Virus record (IMG/VR): IMGVR_UViG_3300049573_000247
Coordinates: 32,001-96,000 of that record
Length of the DNA stretch: 64,000 nt
Direction: 5' to 3' (one strand)
DNA from: a virus
Taxonomy: Duplodnaviria > Caudoviricetes
Shown here: positions 17,818-27,028 of the stretch, in pieces
Numbering within the stretch: position 1 is the stretch's first letter
How the letters are laid out: every line of letters starts with the position of its first letter
Program-made: the position numbers and the translations under genes
The notes under the pieces: model-generated
The model's database searches: none
Seen by the model: only the letters and a program-made list of their open reading frames with translations
What the model was told of the DNA's origin: nothing

Positions 17818-18561
17818 ATGTCTGGTTGGCGGGTGGCGCGAAGTCTCGAAGTCCTCAGGGCCGAGATCAACCAGGTCGCACCCAGTCGCAGCACCGCCTC
17901 CGACGGCGCTATCGGCGACGCGGCCCATGCCGCATCCGACTCCGACCACAACCCCAACGACCAGGGCGTCGTCTGCGCCCGCGACTTCACACACGACCCC
18001 GACGACGGAGCGGACATGCACCGCATCTCCCGCCGCATCGTCGCCGTCGCCCCACCGGCACTCAAATACGTCATCTGGAACCGCCAAATCTGGTCGCGCG
18101 CCCGCGCCTCCGAAGGCTGGCGCCGCTACTCCGGCTCCAACCCCCACACCAAACACATGCACGTCTCCGTGGGACGCGGACCCGACGGCCACTCCACCGG
18201 CCCCTACGACGACACCAGCCCGTGGGGCATTGCCACCGGCGCACCGACCCCACCGAAACCGTCGGTGCCCAGCCGCCCCCGACTGATCGAGGAGATCATC
18301 ATGGCGCTCCCGACCATCGACAACAACAACGCGCCAACGGCCGACAAAAAACGCGCCCAGTCCCTCCTCGCCGCGAACGGCTTCCCACCAGCGAACTCGT
18401 TCAACTCGCGAGGCGAACCCGACGGGCAGTGGGGGCCGGGATCAGAGGCCGCACTCAAACGCTTCCAGGTGGCGCGCAAGGTCCGTAACAGCATCCTGCC
18501 CAACGGACAGGGCGACGGCATCCTCGGCGACAACTCCTGGGCCGCGCTGCTGGGCGCCTAA
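17818..18561 (+). CDS. endolysin: M15/LAS-like Zn peptidase + peptidoglycan-binding domain
   Basis: SDH...ARD...HTKHMHVS; Pro linker; DGQWGPGSEAALKRFQ...DGILG..SW. Confidence 0.85.
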   Translation: MSGWRVARSLEVLRAEINQVAPSRSTASDGAIGDAAHAASDSDHNPNDQGVVCARDFTHDPDDGADMHRISRRIVAVAPPALKYVIWNRQIWSRARASEGWRRYSGSNPHTKHMHVSVGRGPDGHSTGPYDDTSPWGIATGAPTPPKPSVPSRPRLIEEIIMALPTIDNNNAPTADKKRAQSLLAANGFPPANSFNSRGEPDGQWGPGSEAALKRFQVARKVRNSILPNGQGDGILGDNSWAALLGA

Positions 18562-19016
18562 GCCGCGCTGGCCGATGCCGAGGGCGCGACCGTCGGCGAC
18601 GGGGACGGGCTGCCGGAAGAAGACGGCGAGGTCGACGGAGAGGGCGACGGCGTCAGCCACGGCGTGTGCGTGGCGGCCTCGTCCATCCCCTCGATGTACA
18701 CGTCGCCGACCGCCAGGCCCTCGAAGACCTCCTCGTCGGCGCACTCCTCCAGCTCGTCCCCCTCAGGGGTCACGAAGTCGACCTCGTTGCACTCCGACAC
18801 CCAGCGGTCGCTGCACACCTGCTTGCTCTCGTAGGTGCGCGTACGGGAGTTGTACACCGACTGGGTGTAGCAGTCCTCCTTCCAGTACCCGGGCTCGTAC
18901 TCCAATTCGGTGACGGTGCCCGCACGAGGCTCCGGGGGTTCCCAGTCGGAGGCGCTGCACGCGGCGCCGACAGCGAGTACGGCGGCACCGGCCGCCGCGA
19001 TCAGGACAGGTTTCAT
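18558..19016 (-). CDS. lipoprotein
   Basis: signal peptide ending GAAC; paralog of 6322-6630; Ser/Pro tail. Confidence 0.8.
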   Translation of the reverse strand: MKPVLIAAAGAAVLAVGAACSASDWEPPEPRAGTVTELEYEPGYWKEDCYTQSVYNSRTRTYESKQVCSDRWVSECNEVDFVTPEGDELEECADEEVFEGLAVGDVYIEGMDEAATHTPWLTPSPSPSTSPSSSGSPSPSPTVAPSASASAA

Positions 19017-19032
19017 TCGGTGGGTTCCTCTT

Positions 19033-19284
19033 TCAGGATTCAGTAGGGTCGCCGCGCAGCAGGTAGATGGGGCGCCCGTCGGGGTCGTAGAGAGCGACGC
19101 CGCCGGTGGACCCGATGGCGAGGCGTTCGATCTTGATGCGATGCCGCTCGGGCACGCTCGGGGCGTGGCCGCAGCCCATGGTCAGGCGTATCCAGGCCTC
19201 GCCGCTGCCGTCGACCTCGTCGATTGACAGCAGCGGCGCGATCTGGCGGCATTCCAGGCAGGTGATGGCGAACGGGTAGGCCAT
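19033..19284 (-). CDS. hypothetical protein
   Basis: CLEC...CGH. Confidence 0.65.
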   Translation of the reverse strand: MAYPFAITCLECRQIAPLLSIDEVDGSGEAWIRLTMGCGHAPSVPERHRIKIERLAIGSTGGVALYDPDGRPIYLLRGDPTES

Positions 19285-19297
19285 GCGGTCGTGTCTA

Positions 19298-19807
19298 TCA
19301 GGCGTCCTGCGGGGCGCTCTCGTGCTGGGGGTGACGTTCGAGGCCGACCGCCCACGCGAGCATATCGTCGATGTGGGCGTACGCGGCGATGTCCTTGCCG
19401 CTGAACAGGGCCACGCGGTCGTTGCCCGGCTGGGGCACGGCGGTGAGCGGCCGACCGGCCATGACGTGGTCGAGCCAGCAGAGCTTGTAGTCCTGCAGAT
19501 CAGTGAGCATCTGACCGGCCCAGCGCGCGGTGGTGCTGAGGTCGCTGATCACGTCCTTGCAGACGCAGATCGTGCTGTAGTCCTCGTCGATGCCGTTGCC
19601 GTTCTTGGCGGTGATCGTGTAGTACACGCCGTCGCAGGCGTCGGTGTGGCGATCGCTTTCGTAGACGCCGTAGTGGGTCTTGCGTCGCGGCTCTGCGTAG
19701 GCCTCGACGATCCTCACGGTGCCCTCGGTCCACTCGGGGACCCGGGAGTCAGCGGTGCGGAACAGGACCGGCTCGTTGACCGCGAACCGGTTGGGGTGGT
19801 CAGGCAT
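19298..19807 (-). CDS. hypothetical protein
   Basis: SD GAGGAG. Confidence 0.7.
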   Translation of the reverse strand: MPDHPNRFAVNEPVLFRTADSRVPEWTEGTVRIVEAYAEPRRKTHYGVYESDRHTDACDGVYYTITAKNGNGIDEDYSTICVCKDVISDLSTTARWAGQMLTDLQDYKLCWLDHVMAGRPLTAVPQPGNDRVALFSGKDIAAYAHIDDMLAWAVGLERHPQHESAPQDA

Positions 19808-19931
19808 AGTATCTCCTCGCATATATCGCAAAAGCCCCCAGATGGGGGCGATAGACTTACAATGGGTGGAAGTCGATCAGGGCTGGCATCTCACCGCCAG
19901 CCCAGACCTCCAGGCACCGGACAGCCGGTGC

Positions 19932-20291
19932 CTACCTTCTCGGGTCGCCGCCCCATCGGGAGGAGCGGCGGCCCGACCTCCACCCAGGATGGTGGGTGGT
20001 CTGCGCCGACTTGCACCAGCGCGTCAACGACCGCTTCCACTCGGCGGCACCCTCCTTCGGCGAGTAGCCGGGGTAGCGCCCGGTTTCGACCACTAGGTCG
20101 ATGATGCGGTGGGCCTCGGCGCGGATCTCCTCGCACGTGCCCTCCGCAACCCGCAGCTCGTCCGCCACCCACCCCTCGGCGTCGATGATGTCCGCTCGGT
20201 CCACGCCTTCGTAGAAGCCGACGCGGAACGCGCCGCCGACGACGGTGATGCGAGTGTAGAACGGAGCCTCGGGCTCGTTCGTGTCGGTCAT
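19932..20291 (-). CDS. hypothetical protein
   Basis: ATGA overlap; SD GAAGGA. Confidence 0.6.
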   Translation of the reverse strand: MTDTNEPEAPFYTRITVVGGAFRVGFYEGVDRADIIDAEGWVADELRVAEGTCEEIRAEAHRIIDLVVETGRYPGYSPKEGAAEWKRSLTRWCKSAQTTHHPGWRSGRRSSRWGGDPRR

Positions 20292-20530
20292 AGGCGATCC
20301 TTCACGTGGTCGAACGCGTCCTCCCAGCTCGCCCCTTTTTCGATCAGGGCGGTGACCTCTTCGACGAGGTCGGCGTTGTCGAGGTCCCAGACGTCGTCGG
20401 GGATCTCGCCGGAGTACCACTCCTCCTTGTCGTAGACGCCCAGCGCCCAGCAGGCGAGTTGGATGATCTCCGGTCGGTCGACGAGGTAATCGTTGTCCTC
20501 ACGCAGCCACGACGGCAGCATGGTGTACAT
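20288..20530 (-). CDS. small acidic protein
   Basis: SD AAAGGGG; Asp/Glu-rich. Confidence 0.7.
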   Translation of the reverse strand: MYTMLPSWLREDNDYLVDRPEIIQLACWALGVYDKEEWYSGEIPDDVWDLDNADLVEEVTALIEKGASWEDAFDHVKDRL

Positions 20531-20713
20531 GATGTTCCCCTTTCCGGTATGCGAAAGCCGCCAGCGCACATCCGTGCACCGGCGGCAATAACCGACAATA
20601 AGGTAGTAAAGCCTCACAAGTGGAAGATTGTGTGTTGTTTCAGGTTCGGGTTGCGCCTCGTGGTGCCTGCTCCAGAGCCGTCACCGCAGGAAGCGCCGCC
20701 CTTCCCCCGTCCA

Positions 20714-21133
20714 TCACCCAGAGGACGCCGTCTCCAGCGCCAGGCCCATCGCCGTCCGGGTGATCACGTACGTCTCGCACGCTCGGGGCCGCAGCTGCCA
20801 CACCCGTGCGTTGCCCTCCCCCCGGAACCGCGACTCCAGCACCACCAGCCGCACGTGCTCGACCAGCGGCGGCACTGGACGGTCGAAGCCCAGCTTGACC
20901 AGCCACGACTCTTCCGACCCCCACGGCAGGCGCACCCCCACTCGCACCGGTGCGTTCGTCGCTCCAATGGCCACCTCCTTGGAGGTCATCGGCACTCGCG
21001 CCAGCAGCTGCTGACGCAACGCGTCCACGCTCGGCCAGGTCAGTACCTGCCGCAGCTCGACTTCCCCGTCTCCGGCCGCATCGGCCAGGACCGCGAAGAT
21101 CCGATCCGCTCCATGCCCTTTCGGCTTAACCAC
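20714..21133 (-). CDS. hypothetical protein
   Basis: -10 TATAAC and SD upstream of GTG. Confidence 0.6.
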   Translation of the reverse strand: MVKPKGHGADRIFAVLADAAGDGEVELRQVLTWPSVDALRQQLLARVPMTSKEVAIGATNAPVRVGVRLPWGSEESWLVKLGFDRPVPPLVEHVRLVVLESRFRGEGNARVWQLRPRACETYVITRTAMGLALETASSG

Positions 21134-21202
21134 GAACGCCCTTCCTGTTATACGATGGTCACGAGTTCACTGCTGCGGCCCGGTTCGACGTCACCGGCCG
21201 CG

Positions 21203-21481
21203 CTAGCGCGAGCGGGCCTCAACCCGCTCGCGCTTCTCCTTGTAGAGGGCGATGATCGCCCTGGCCACTGCTTCCTCCTTGTTCTCCTCCAGCGGGAACA
21301 GGTAGGGCGGTCGCTCCTTGCGCCAGTACTTCACCGCGAAGACGGCGAACCACTCGATCGGGTCGTCGACGCCGGTCCACAGCTCCCGGACGAGCCACGG
21401 CTCGACGCCCGTGGCCATCCGGTCGGCGAGACGCTGCAGCCTCGGATCGGCCTTGAGCGTCTTGATTTCTTCGGTGTACAT
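21203..21481 (-). CDS. hypothetical protein
   Basis: SD GAAGGA. Confidence 0.7.
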   Translation of the reverse strand: MYTEEIKTLKADPRLQRLADRMATGVEPWLVRELWTGVDDPIEWFAVFAVKYWRKERPPYLFPLEENKEEAVARAIIALYKEKRERVEARSR

Positions 21482-21538
21482 GAGGTGTTCCTTCCGTAGC
21501 GTTCACAGCCGCCCCGAGCATCACGCTCGGGGCGACGG

Positions 21539-21820
21539 TCAGCGCTCGGCGAGGGCGTTGAGCTTCGCGGTCTCGACGGCAGCCAGACGGGCGCCCTCCT
21601 TGCGGATGAGCGCGGCGTCCATCGCAAGGCCCTGGGCCTGCCGGTGCACTTCGTCCTTGAGCCCTGAGCGCTCACGCTCGCGGCTCAGCCCGGCGAACAC
21701 GCGCCACAGCATCGCCACGAACCCGAGCGCCAGCATGCCTATCAGGACATACAGCACAGCCGGGAACAGAACGGCGATCACGAGGATGACGGCCCCGATC
21801 CAGAACCAGATACGCAACAT
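21539..21820 (-). CDS. membrane protein
   Basis: two N-terminal hydrophobic helices. Confidence 0.75.
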   Translation of the reverse strand: MLRIWFWIGAVILVIAVLFPAVLYVLIGMLALGFVAMLWRVFAGLSRERERSGLKDEVHRQAQGLAMDAALIRKEGARLAAVETAKLNALAER

Positions 21821-21846
21821 GATTTCTTCACCTCCTCTCAACGAAC

Positions 21847-21878
21847 TGCGCCCCCGAGCCGAACGGCTCGGGGGCGCA
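21847..21878. terminator. hairpin
   Basis: tgcgcccccgagcc-gaac-ggctcgggggcgca. Confidence 0.6.
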
Positions 21879-21893
21879 GCAACACTTCACGCG

Positions 21894-22133
21894 CTAGGCG
21901 TCGTTTTGCGCTTGCATGGTTTTGTACAAGGCAATACCCTCCTGCACCGTCACCAGCAGCTGATCGACGTTCTTGTCGAACACCCTGAACTCGATCGGTG
22001 TGGTGTTGCCCTGAGGGTCAAGTGCGTGCATCCTCAACACGAGATCCATGCGCCCGGGGAAGGGGCTGCTGACGCCGCCGACCTCTATGCCCTCCAACGC
22101 GAACTGCTTGGTGCGTTTGACCTTCTTCTTCAC
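21894..22133 (-). CDS. hypothetical protein
   Basis: GTGA overlap. Confidence 0.65.
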   Translation of the reverse strand: MKKKVKRTKQFALEGIEVGGVSSPFPGRMDLVLRMHALDPQGNTTPIEFRVFDKNVDQLLVTVQEGIALYKTMQAQNDA

Positions 22134-22741
22134 TGCGCCTGCCGTTTCGTCTCTACCGCGATCAGGACACTGGCCACATCCTCCGGGTCGACCACGCCCT
22201 CGCCTTCCAAGTAGACGGTGACCGCCTCGAAGAAGTGGTCAGCGCGGCGCCCGAGGACCGACGCCTCGTGCGACTGGGACAGCGTCTGTGATGCGAGGGA
22301 TTCGGCCTCCACTGTCAGCCGCAGCAGCGCCCGCAGCCCCGGGGATACGGAGGGATACTCGACGGCGGCCTCGGCCATGGCGGTCAACGCGACCTGCGCG
22401 ACCGCGCACACGTGACGGCGAGCGAGCTTGTCGAGCGTCCCCAGGGCGTTGACGACCGGCAGGTCGTCCATGTCCCAGGTCTTCAGCTCCTCGCAGATGG
22501 CCAGCACCCGGCTGATCGAAATGATCGGGGCCATCGCCTCCTTCGCGGCGTGGTCGCCCACCCACGCTTCGAGCTGTTCGGCGTCGAAACTGTGCAGCAG
22601 GGCGGTGTTGTTCATGACGATCGCCGCCAGATCCCACAGCCACGCCATCGTCTGCGGGCAGGCGCCGATGGCGTTTGCTTCGCGGCTGGAGACGCACGCG
22701 GCCCAGCCGCGCTGCATCAGCTTGCTACGGTCGGTCACCAA
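22130..22741 (-). CDS. hypothetical protein
   Basis: 203 aa ORF in coupled run. Confidence 0.7.
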   Translation of the reverse strand: MVTDRSKLMQRGWAACVSSREANAIGACPQTMAWLWDLAAIVMNNTALLHSFDAEQLEAWVGDHAAKEAMAPIISISRVLAICEELKTWDMDDLPVVNALGTLDKLARRHVCAVAQVALTAMAEAAVEYPSVSPGLRALLRLTVEAESLASQTLSQSHEASVLGRRADHFFEAVTVYLEGEGVVDPEDVASVLIAVETKRQAQ

Positions 22742-23160
22742 CGGTCTCCCGCGTCCTTGAGCCCATTCGAGGTGAACAGCTGGGCCGCGACCTTAGCCGC
22801 CGCGCAGGTCAGGCGCAGCCGCGCCAGCTCCAGGAGATCACCCTCGGCCACCGGCTCTTCGCCGAGCCCGGGGTACCCGAAGGGCAGCTTGTAGTTCCAG
22901 ATCTCAGCGAGGCCGACAACCACGAACACCTTCGGGGGGTGCAGCCGCTCGACCTCGGAGCGGACCTGCTCCCACTGCCACGCGGCGTAGGTGACCGAGG
23001 GGTCCTCCCACCACGTCCTTTCCTCCTGCTCGTGGCCGTAGCTGACGGCGTCGACGACTTCGCTGAAGAACTGCAGCACGTCCTCGTACTCGCCCCACGT
23101 GCCGCGCCACCGCACGTTCGCGTCGCGCATCGCCCGCTTGAGGGCTGCGGTCTTGATCAT
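22735..23160 (-). CDS. hypothetical protein
   Basis: ATGA overlap. Confidence 0.7.
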   Translation of the reverse strand: MIKTAALKRAMRDANVRWRGTWGEYEDVLQFFSEVVDAVSYGHEQEERTWWEDPSVTYAAWQWEQVRSEVERLHPPKVFVVVGLAEIWNYKLPFGYPGLGEEPVAEGDLLELARLRLTCAAAKVAAQLFTSNGLKDAGDRW

Positions 23161-23792
23161 GTGTCGTGCCTTTCTTCCAGGTTGCGTGGGAGGAGCGTGA
23201 AGGATCGATGCTCGTCGATGTCAGCGACGAACGTGGTCTGCGCCGACCGGTTGCGGACCGCGACCATGTACTTGCCCGCAGGCCAGTCGGTCTGGGATGC
23301 GATGTTCCCGACCGCGTACATGGCCGCCTCGCGTCGCTGCGCGGCGATCTGCTCGGTCTCGCTGTCGCGGCGGGGGATGTCGTCCTCGGCGAGGACGACC
23401 TCGAACTGGACCCCCCGCACCGGGAGGACCCCGATGGTGAACCCCATGGTGCCGGTGACCGGGGCGGCGTGCGAGCGGAGGTCGACGGAGTACCAGTTCT
23501 CCTCGGGGCGCGCCTTCGCCGTCTTCGTGACCCGGTCGGATGCCGTGCTCGTGCGACGGCGCGGCCGGGTGCCCTGCTCGTCTTTGACCTTGACGCCGGT
23601 CGCGGTGCGCACGACGATCCAGCCCTCGTGCTCGTGTCGTTCCCCTTCGGGGGCGTCGGTCATGTCGATGTCGGTGCCGTTGAGGGTGACTATCGTGCTG
23701 GTGGTGGTCGACCATTCAGGGCCGACCGTGAAGGGTCCGTTGGCGACGAAGCCTCGGGAGCCGTCGCCGATCGTGTCGTAGTAACGGGGCAT
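23157..23792 (-). CDS. hypothetical protein
   Basis: SD GGAG; MPRYYDTIG... Confidence 0.7.
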   Translation of the reverse strand: MPRYYDTIGDGSRGFVANGPFTVGPEWSTTTSTIVTLNGTDIDMTDAPEGERHEHEGWIVVRTATGVKVKDEQGTRPRRRTSTASDRVTKTAKARPEENWYSVDLRSHAAPVTGTMGFTIGVLPVRGVQFEVVLAEDDIPRRDSETEQIAAQRREAAMYAVGNIASQTDWPAGKYMVAVRNRSAQTTFVADIDEHRSFTLLPRNLEERHDT

Positions 23793-23794
23793 GT

Positions 23795-24358
23795 CTAGTT
23801 CTCCAGTTTGCTGTCGATCTGAGGGGCGAACACTTCGCGGAGCACGAGGTACCCGGCGTAGCCGAGCAGCTGTTCCGAGAGGTCCAGGAGCGCACGGCGC
23901 GGGCCTCCGGTGTCCGTGTTCCCGAGGTGCGCCTTCGCGTCCTCGGTGCCCTCGTTGACGCCGAGGTCGGCAACGCACACCAGCACGTGGCCCGGGGTCT
24001 CCATCATCGCAACGAGGCGGTCGGCCTCGTCCTGCAGGTGCTCGCGCGCCTGGTCGTAGTCCATCGCCTCAAACCATTCGGTACCGATGTCGTTCCCGGC
24101 GACCCGGTCGCACAGGTCCCGCAGGAACTTCCAGCCCGGCGAGAGATGCCCGGCCGCGAACCCGCGTGGCCCCGCCTCGGGGTAGGTGTTGCCGGAGACG
24201 ACAGAGTACGCCAGCGAGTGGCAGTCGTCGTTCTCCCAGTCCTCGTCCCCGTCCTCGTCGAAGGCAAGATCGACGTTGTAAACGACGGGGACGCGCCCGA
24301 CCGGGTCGAGGTCGTACACCTTGCAGGCGGCGCGGATTTGTTCGTCGGTGATCAGCAT
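23795..24358 (-). CDS. hypothetical protein
   Basis: SD AAGGAG. Confidence 0.7.
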   Translation of the reverse strand: MLITDEQIRAACKVYDLDPVGRVPVVYNVDLAFDEDGDEDWENDDCHSLAYSVVSGNTYPEAGPRGFAAGHLSPGWKFLRDLCDRVAGNDIGTEWFEAMDYDQAREHLQDEADRLVAMMETPGHVLVCVADLGVNEGTEDAKAHLGNTDTGGPRRALLDLSEQLLGYAGYLVLREVFAPQIDSKLEN

Positions 24359-24371
24359 GGTCAGATGCTCC

Positions 24372-24704
24372 TTATCCGTATACGGGGGGTCGCGACTTGT
24401 CGACCGTTACCTTGACGTCGATCCCGTCCCACTTGCAGATGAACGAGTGCCAGCCTTTGTTGCCCTCGACGTGAGCGCGCATCGGTGACGTCGCCGTGCG
24501 GCGCAGCGCCCGGTAGGCGGTCTCGGCCGCGAAGCGGCGCTGCTCGGTGATGAATTCGGTGATGTCGGCGTGCGGGTTGACGCGCGCTTGGAGCGCGTCG
24601 GCGTCGATGTCGACCATGACCGACACCGATCGCAGTCCTACCCCGTCCACGGTCATGACGTCGCCGTCGCGTTTGACGGTGTGGAACGTGACTTCGTATC
24701 CCAT
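24372..24704 (-). CDS. hypothetical protein
   Basis: MGYEVTFHTV..., high GC3. Confidence 0.65.
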   Translation of the reverse strand: MGYEVTFHTVKRDGDVMTVDGVGLRSVSVMVDIDADALQARVNPHADITEFITEQRRFAAETAYRALRRTATSPMRAHVEGNKGWHSFICKWDGIDVKVTVDKSRPPVYG

Positions 24705-24720
24705 CCGGTTTTCTCTCTCG

Positions 24721-25098
24721 CTAGTAGACGACCTGGCCGAGCAGGGCCACCTGCATGACGGTGTCAACGTCGGGCGCGTTGAAGTGGATCTGGTCCAGGT
24801 CCCGCTCGTAGACAATCTGCTGGCACTTCTGGACGACGTCCAGGCGCATCGGCTCGATCTTGTTCGACGCGCAGGCCAGGATCGCGGCCCACAGCAGGGC
24901 CGCGTGCAGCCGCCTGCGCGCGAAACCGTTCTCCCTGTCGCCGATGTCGACGACCACGTACCAGTCGTCAGGGACCGGGTCCTGGCTGTCGTCGTCGTCG
25001 ACCAGCACCCAGTGCGGGTAGAGGTCGAGCACGTCACGGCGGATGAACAACCGGTACAAGTCCTGCGCGGTCGCGCTGCCGTACCTCTTCTTGGGCAT
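24721..25098 (-). CDS. conserved phage protein (D..D..Q.A..G family)
   Basis: LWAAILAC...NAPDVDTVMQVALLGQVVY. Confidence 0.75.
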   Translation of the reverse strand: MPKKRYGSATAQDLYRLFIRRDVLDLYPHWVLVDDDDSQDPVPDDWYVVVDIGDRENGFARRRLHAALLWAAILACASNKIEPMRLDVVQKCQQIVYERDLDQIHFNAPDVDTVMQVALLGQVVY

Positions 25099-25112
25099 GA
25101 TGTCTCCTCTGA

Positions 25113-25532
25113 CTACAGTCCGAATCGGACTCTGCTGTACGCGACGACCTGCAGGATCTGGTCGGCCGTCGCCGAATCGATGCTCCCGGCGGACTTCCAC
25201 ACATCCGGGTTGTTCAGCTGCGTCAACTGCCGGGCCGCGTCGCGGGTGTGGGCGTGCACGCCGGGGACGCAGCCGGTGCCGCATGCCAGCAGCGCGGCCC
25301 ACATCCGGTAGGCGTTGACGACCTGCGTGCCCATCTCAGCTCCCGTCTCCGGGTGGAACAGCCACAGCCGCATCTGCCACGTCGGGTCGACCGCCGCCTG
25401 GGTGACACCGCGCTCACCACCCCACGCGAGCCACGTGCACCAGTCGGCGTCGAAGACACCCGATCCGGCGATCGGGTCGTACAACGCCTGCGGGGGAATC
25501 GCCCCCTCAGGCCAGTCGGTGATGGCTCTCAT
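25113..25532 (-). CDS. paralog of 24721-25098
   Basis: MWAALLAC...DSATADQILQVVAYSRVRFG. Confidence 0.75.
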   Translation of the reverse strand: MRAITDWPEGAIPPQALYDPIAGSGVFDADWCTWLAWGGERGVTQAAVDPTWQMRLWLFHPETGAEMGTQVVNAYRMWAALLACGTGCVPGVHAHTRDAARQLTQLNNPDVWKSAGSIDSATADQILQVVAYSRVRFGL

Positions 25533-25900
25533 GCCAATCCTTTCGGTGGGTTCCAGGTGGTGGAGGGAGGTAGGACTTCGACCACGGCGCCCCGCTGGTC
25601 GGCGAACCGCAGCGGCCACGACCGGTACCGGCCCTGGCCTTGGTGCCAGAAACCGTGGCAGACGGCCGGAGGCGCGTCGTATGCGCTGGCCGGGATGGTC
25701 TGGTGGCAGGGGATGAACGTGTCGTCGGCGATGGCATCGGTCTCCATCTGCTCGCGCCGCCCCTCGTCGAGGGACATGCGGTTTTCCTTGAAGTAGATGC
25801 AGGTCCCGCACCGGCGCTTGTTGACCCGCACACGCCCCTGTTCGTCGAGCAGGTCGAGCAGGTACACGTGGCCGTCGCTGTCCTCAGTGTTGTCGTTCAC
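25529..25900 (-). CDS. Cys/His metal-binding protein
   Basis: CGTC...CH...CHGF. Confidence 0.75.
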   Translation of the reverse strand: MNDNTEDSDGHVYLLDLLDEQGRVRVNKRRCGTCIYFKENRMSLDEGRREQMETDAIADDTFIPCHQTIPASAYDAPPAVCHGFWHQGQGRYRSWPLRFADQRGAVVEVLPPSTTWNPPKGLA

Positions 25901-25912
25901 CGCGTGCGCTCC

Positions 25913-26434
25913 TCAGGGGAGGTGGAGGCTGAGGAACTCGTCGCTGTAGCCCAGTTCGGAGAGGTACGCGTCGAGGGCTTCGCCGGGCGACGGGTCGGGG
26001 TTGTCGGGGCTTCCCCACGCGTCGAAGGGGACCGCGAGGTATCGCTCCTGGAAGGCGGCGAGGTCTTCCGGTCGCATCCGGAAGGCCATCTCCCCGAGCC
26101 AGCCGAGGACGCTCTGGTCGTAGTCGCGCAGGTTCTCCACCCGCAGCCCCTGCATCCACTCGATGGCCTTGGCCACGGCAACCTCGCGACTGAGGGCGGT
26201 GAACTTGTCGATCGACCTGAGCCGGTCGGTGATGTGGTCGAGGACGTACAGGCCCTGAACGATGAGGGCCGGGTCGACAACGGAAGGGGACCGCTCGGCG
26301 CAGGCGAAGAGGACGCGCCCCGCCGGGAGCGTCCAGATGTCGGTGATGAACCGGTCGTCCCGACCGTCGGCAGACCCGAAGAACCGGGGCTGGATACGTC
26401 GTACTGCGTGGTGCAGTTCGCTTTCGGTGAACAC
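25913..26434 (-). CDS. hypothetical protein
   Basis: SD AAGGAG before GTG. Confidence 0.7.
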   Translation of the reverse strand: MFTESELHHAVRRIQPRFFGSADGRDDRFITDIWTLPAGRVLFACAERSPSVVDPALIVQGLYVLDHITDRLRSIDKFTALSREVAVAKAIEWMQGLRVENLRDYDQSVLGWLGEMAFRMRPEDLAAFQERYLAVPFDAWGSPDNPDPSPGEALDAYLSELGYSDEFLSLHLP

Positions 26435-26503
26435 TGGATCTCCTTGTCGTAGCGGATTCGGCGGGCGCACCCCGAGCCGGGACGGGGTGCGCCACCGGGA
26501 CCG

Positions 26504-27025
26504 CTACGTCTGCGGTCCGGGCACGGCGTGAGCTTCACACCAGGCCTGCAGGGCTTCGACCCCCCAGTTGTAGGCGACCCTCCGGGCAGCGCCGGACAGG
26601 TACGCCTCGGCGACGGCGCTGAGCTTGAGCATTTGCGCGCACCGCTGCTTGTGTTCGCGCTCGGCGTCCTTGCCGCGCAGGTTCGGGTGCTCGAACGCGG
26701 AGGTCAGGCGCATGTAGATCTCGTCGTCGAAGGGGTCGTCCATGACCTCATCGAGGTGCGAGGACTCGCACAGGCGCAACACCTTCTTGAAGGACCGCGC
26801 CTGCCCGAGGCCTCGGTGGACCGCGCTGTCGACGATGGCGTTCATGCGGTCCTCCCAGAACTCCTCGGCGTCCCACTTCTCGTAGTTGTTGACCGATGTG
26901 GTCACGTGCCCCAGCAGGTCGATCCACCAGGATCGTTCGCCTGCGGTGTCCTCGCCGTCAGGCCACATCTTGTGGGATTCGATGTGCTCGCGTGCCGTAT
27001 CGGCATCGAATGCGGGTGTGGTCAT
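26504..27025 (-). CDS. acidic hypothetical protein, weak Ocr-like segment
   Basis: EDRMNAIVDSAV; SD GGAG. The ORF is solid, the function speculative. Confidence 0.6.
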   Translation of the reverse strand: MTTPAFDADTAREHIESHKMWPDGEDTAGERSWWIDLLGHVTTSVNNYEKWDAEEFWEDRMNAIVDSAVHRGLGQARSFKKVLRLCESSHLDEVMDDPFDDEIYMRLTSAFEHPNLRGKDAEREHKQRCAQMLKLSAVAEAYLSGAARRVAYNWGVEALQAWCEAHAVPGPQT

Positions 27026-27028
27026 GTG

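Noticed and set aside
19891-20172. Frameshift at the 3' end of 19932-20291
   Set aside because: Both frames have similar codon quality; no clear switch point
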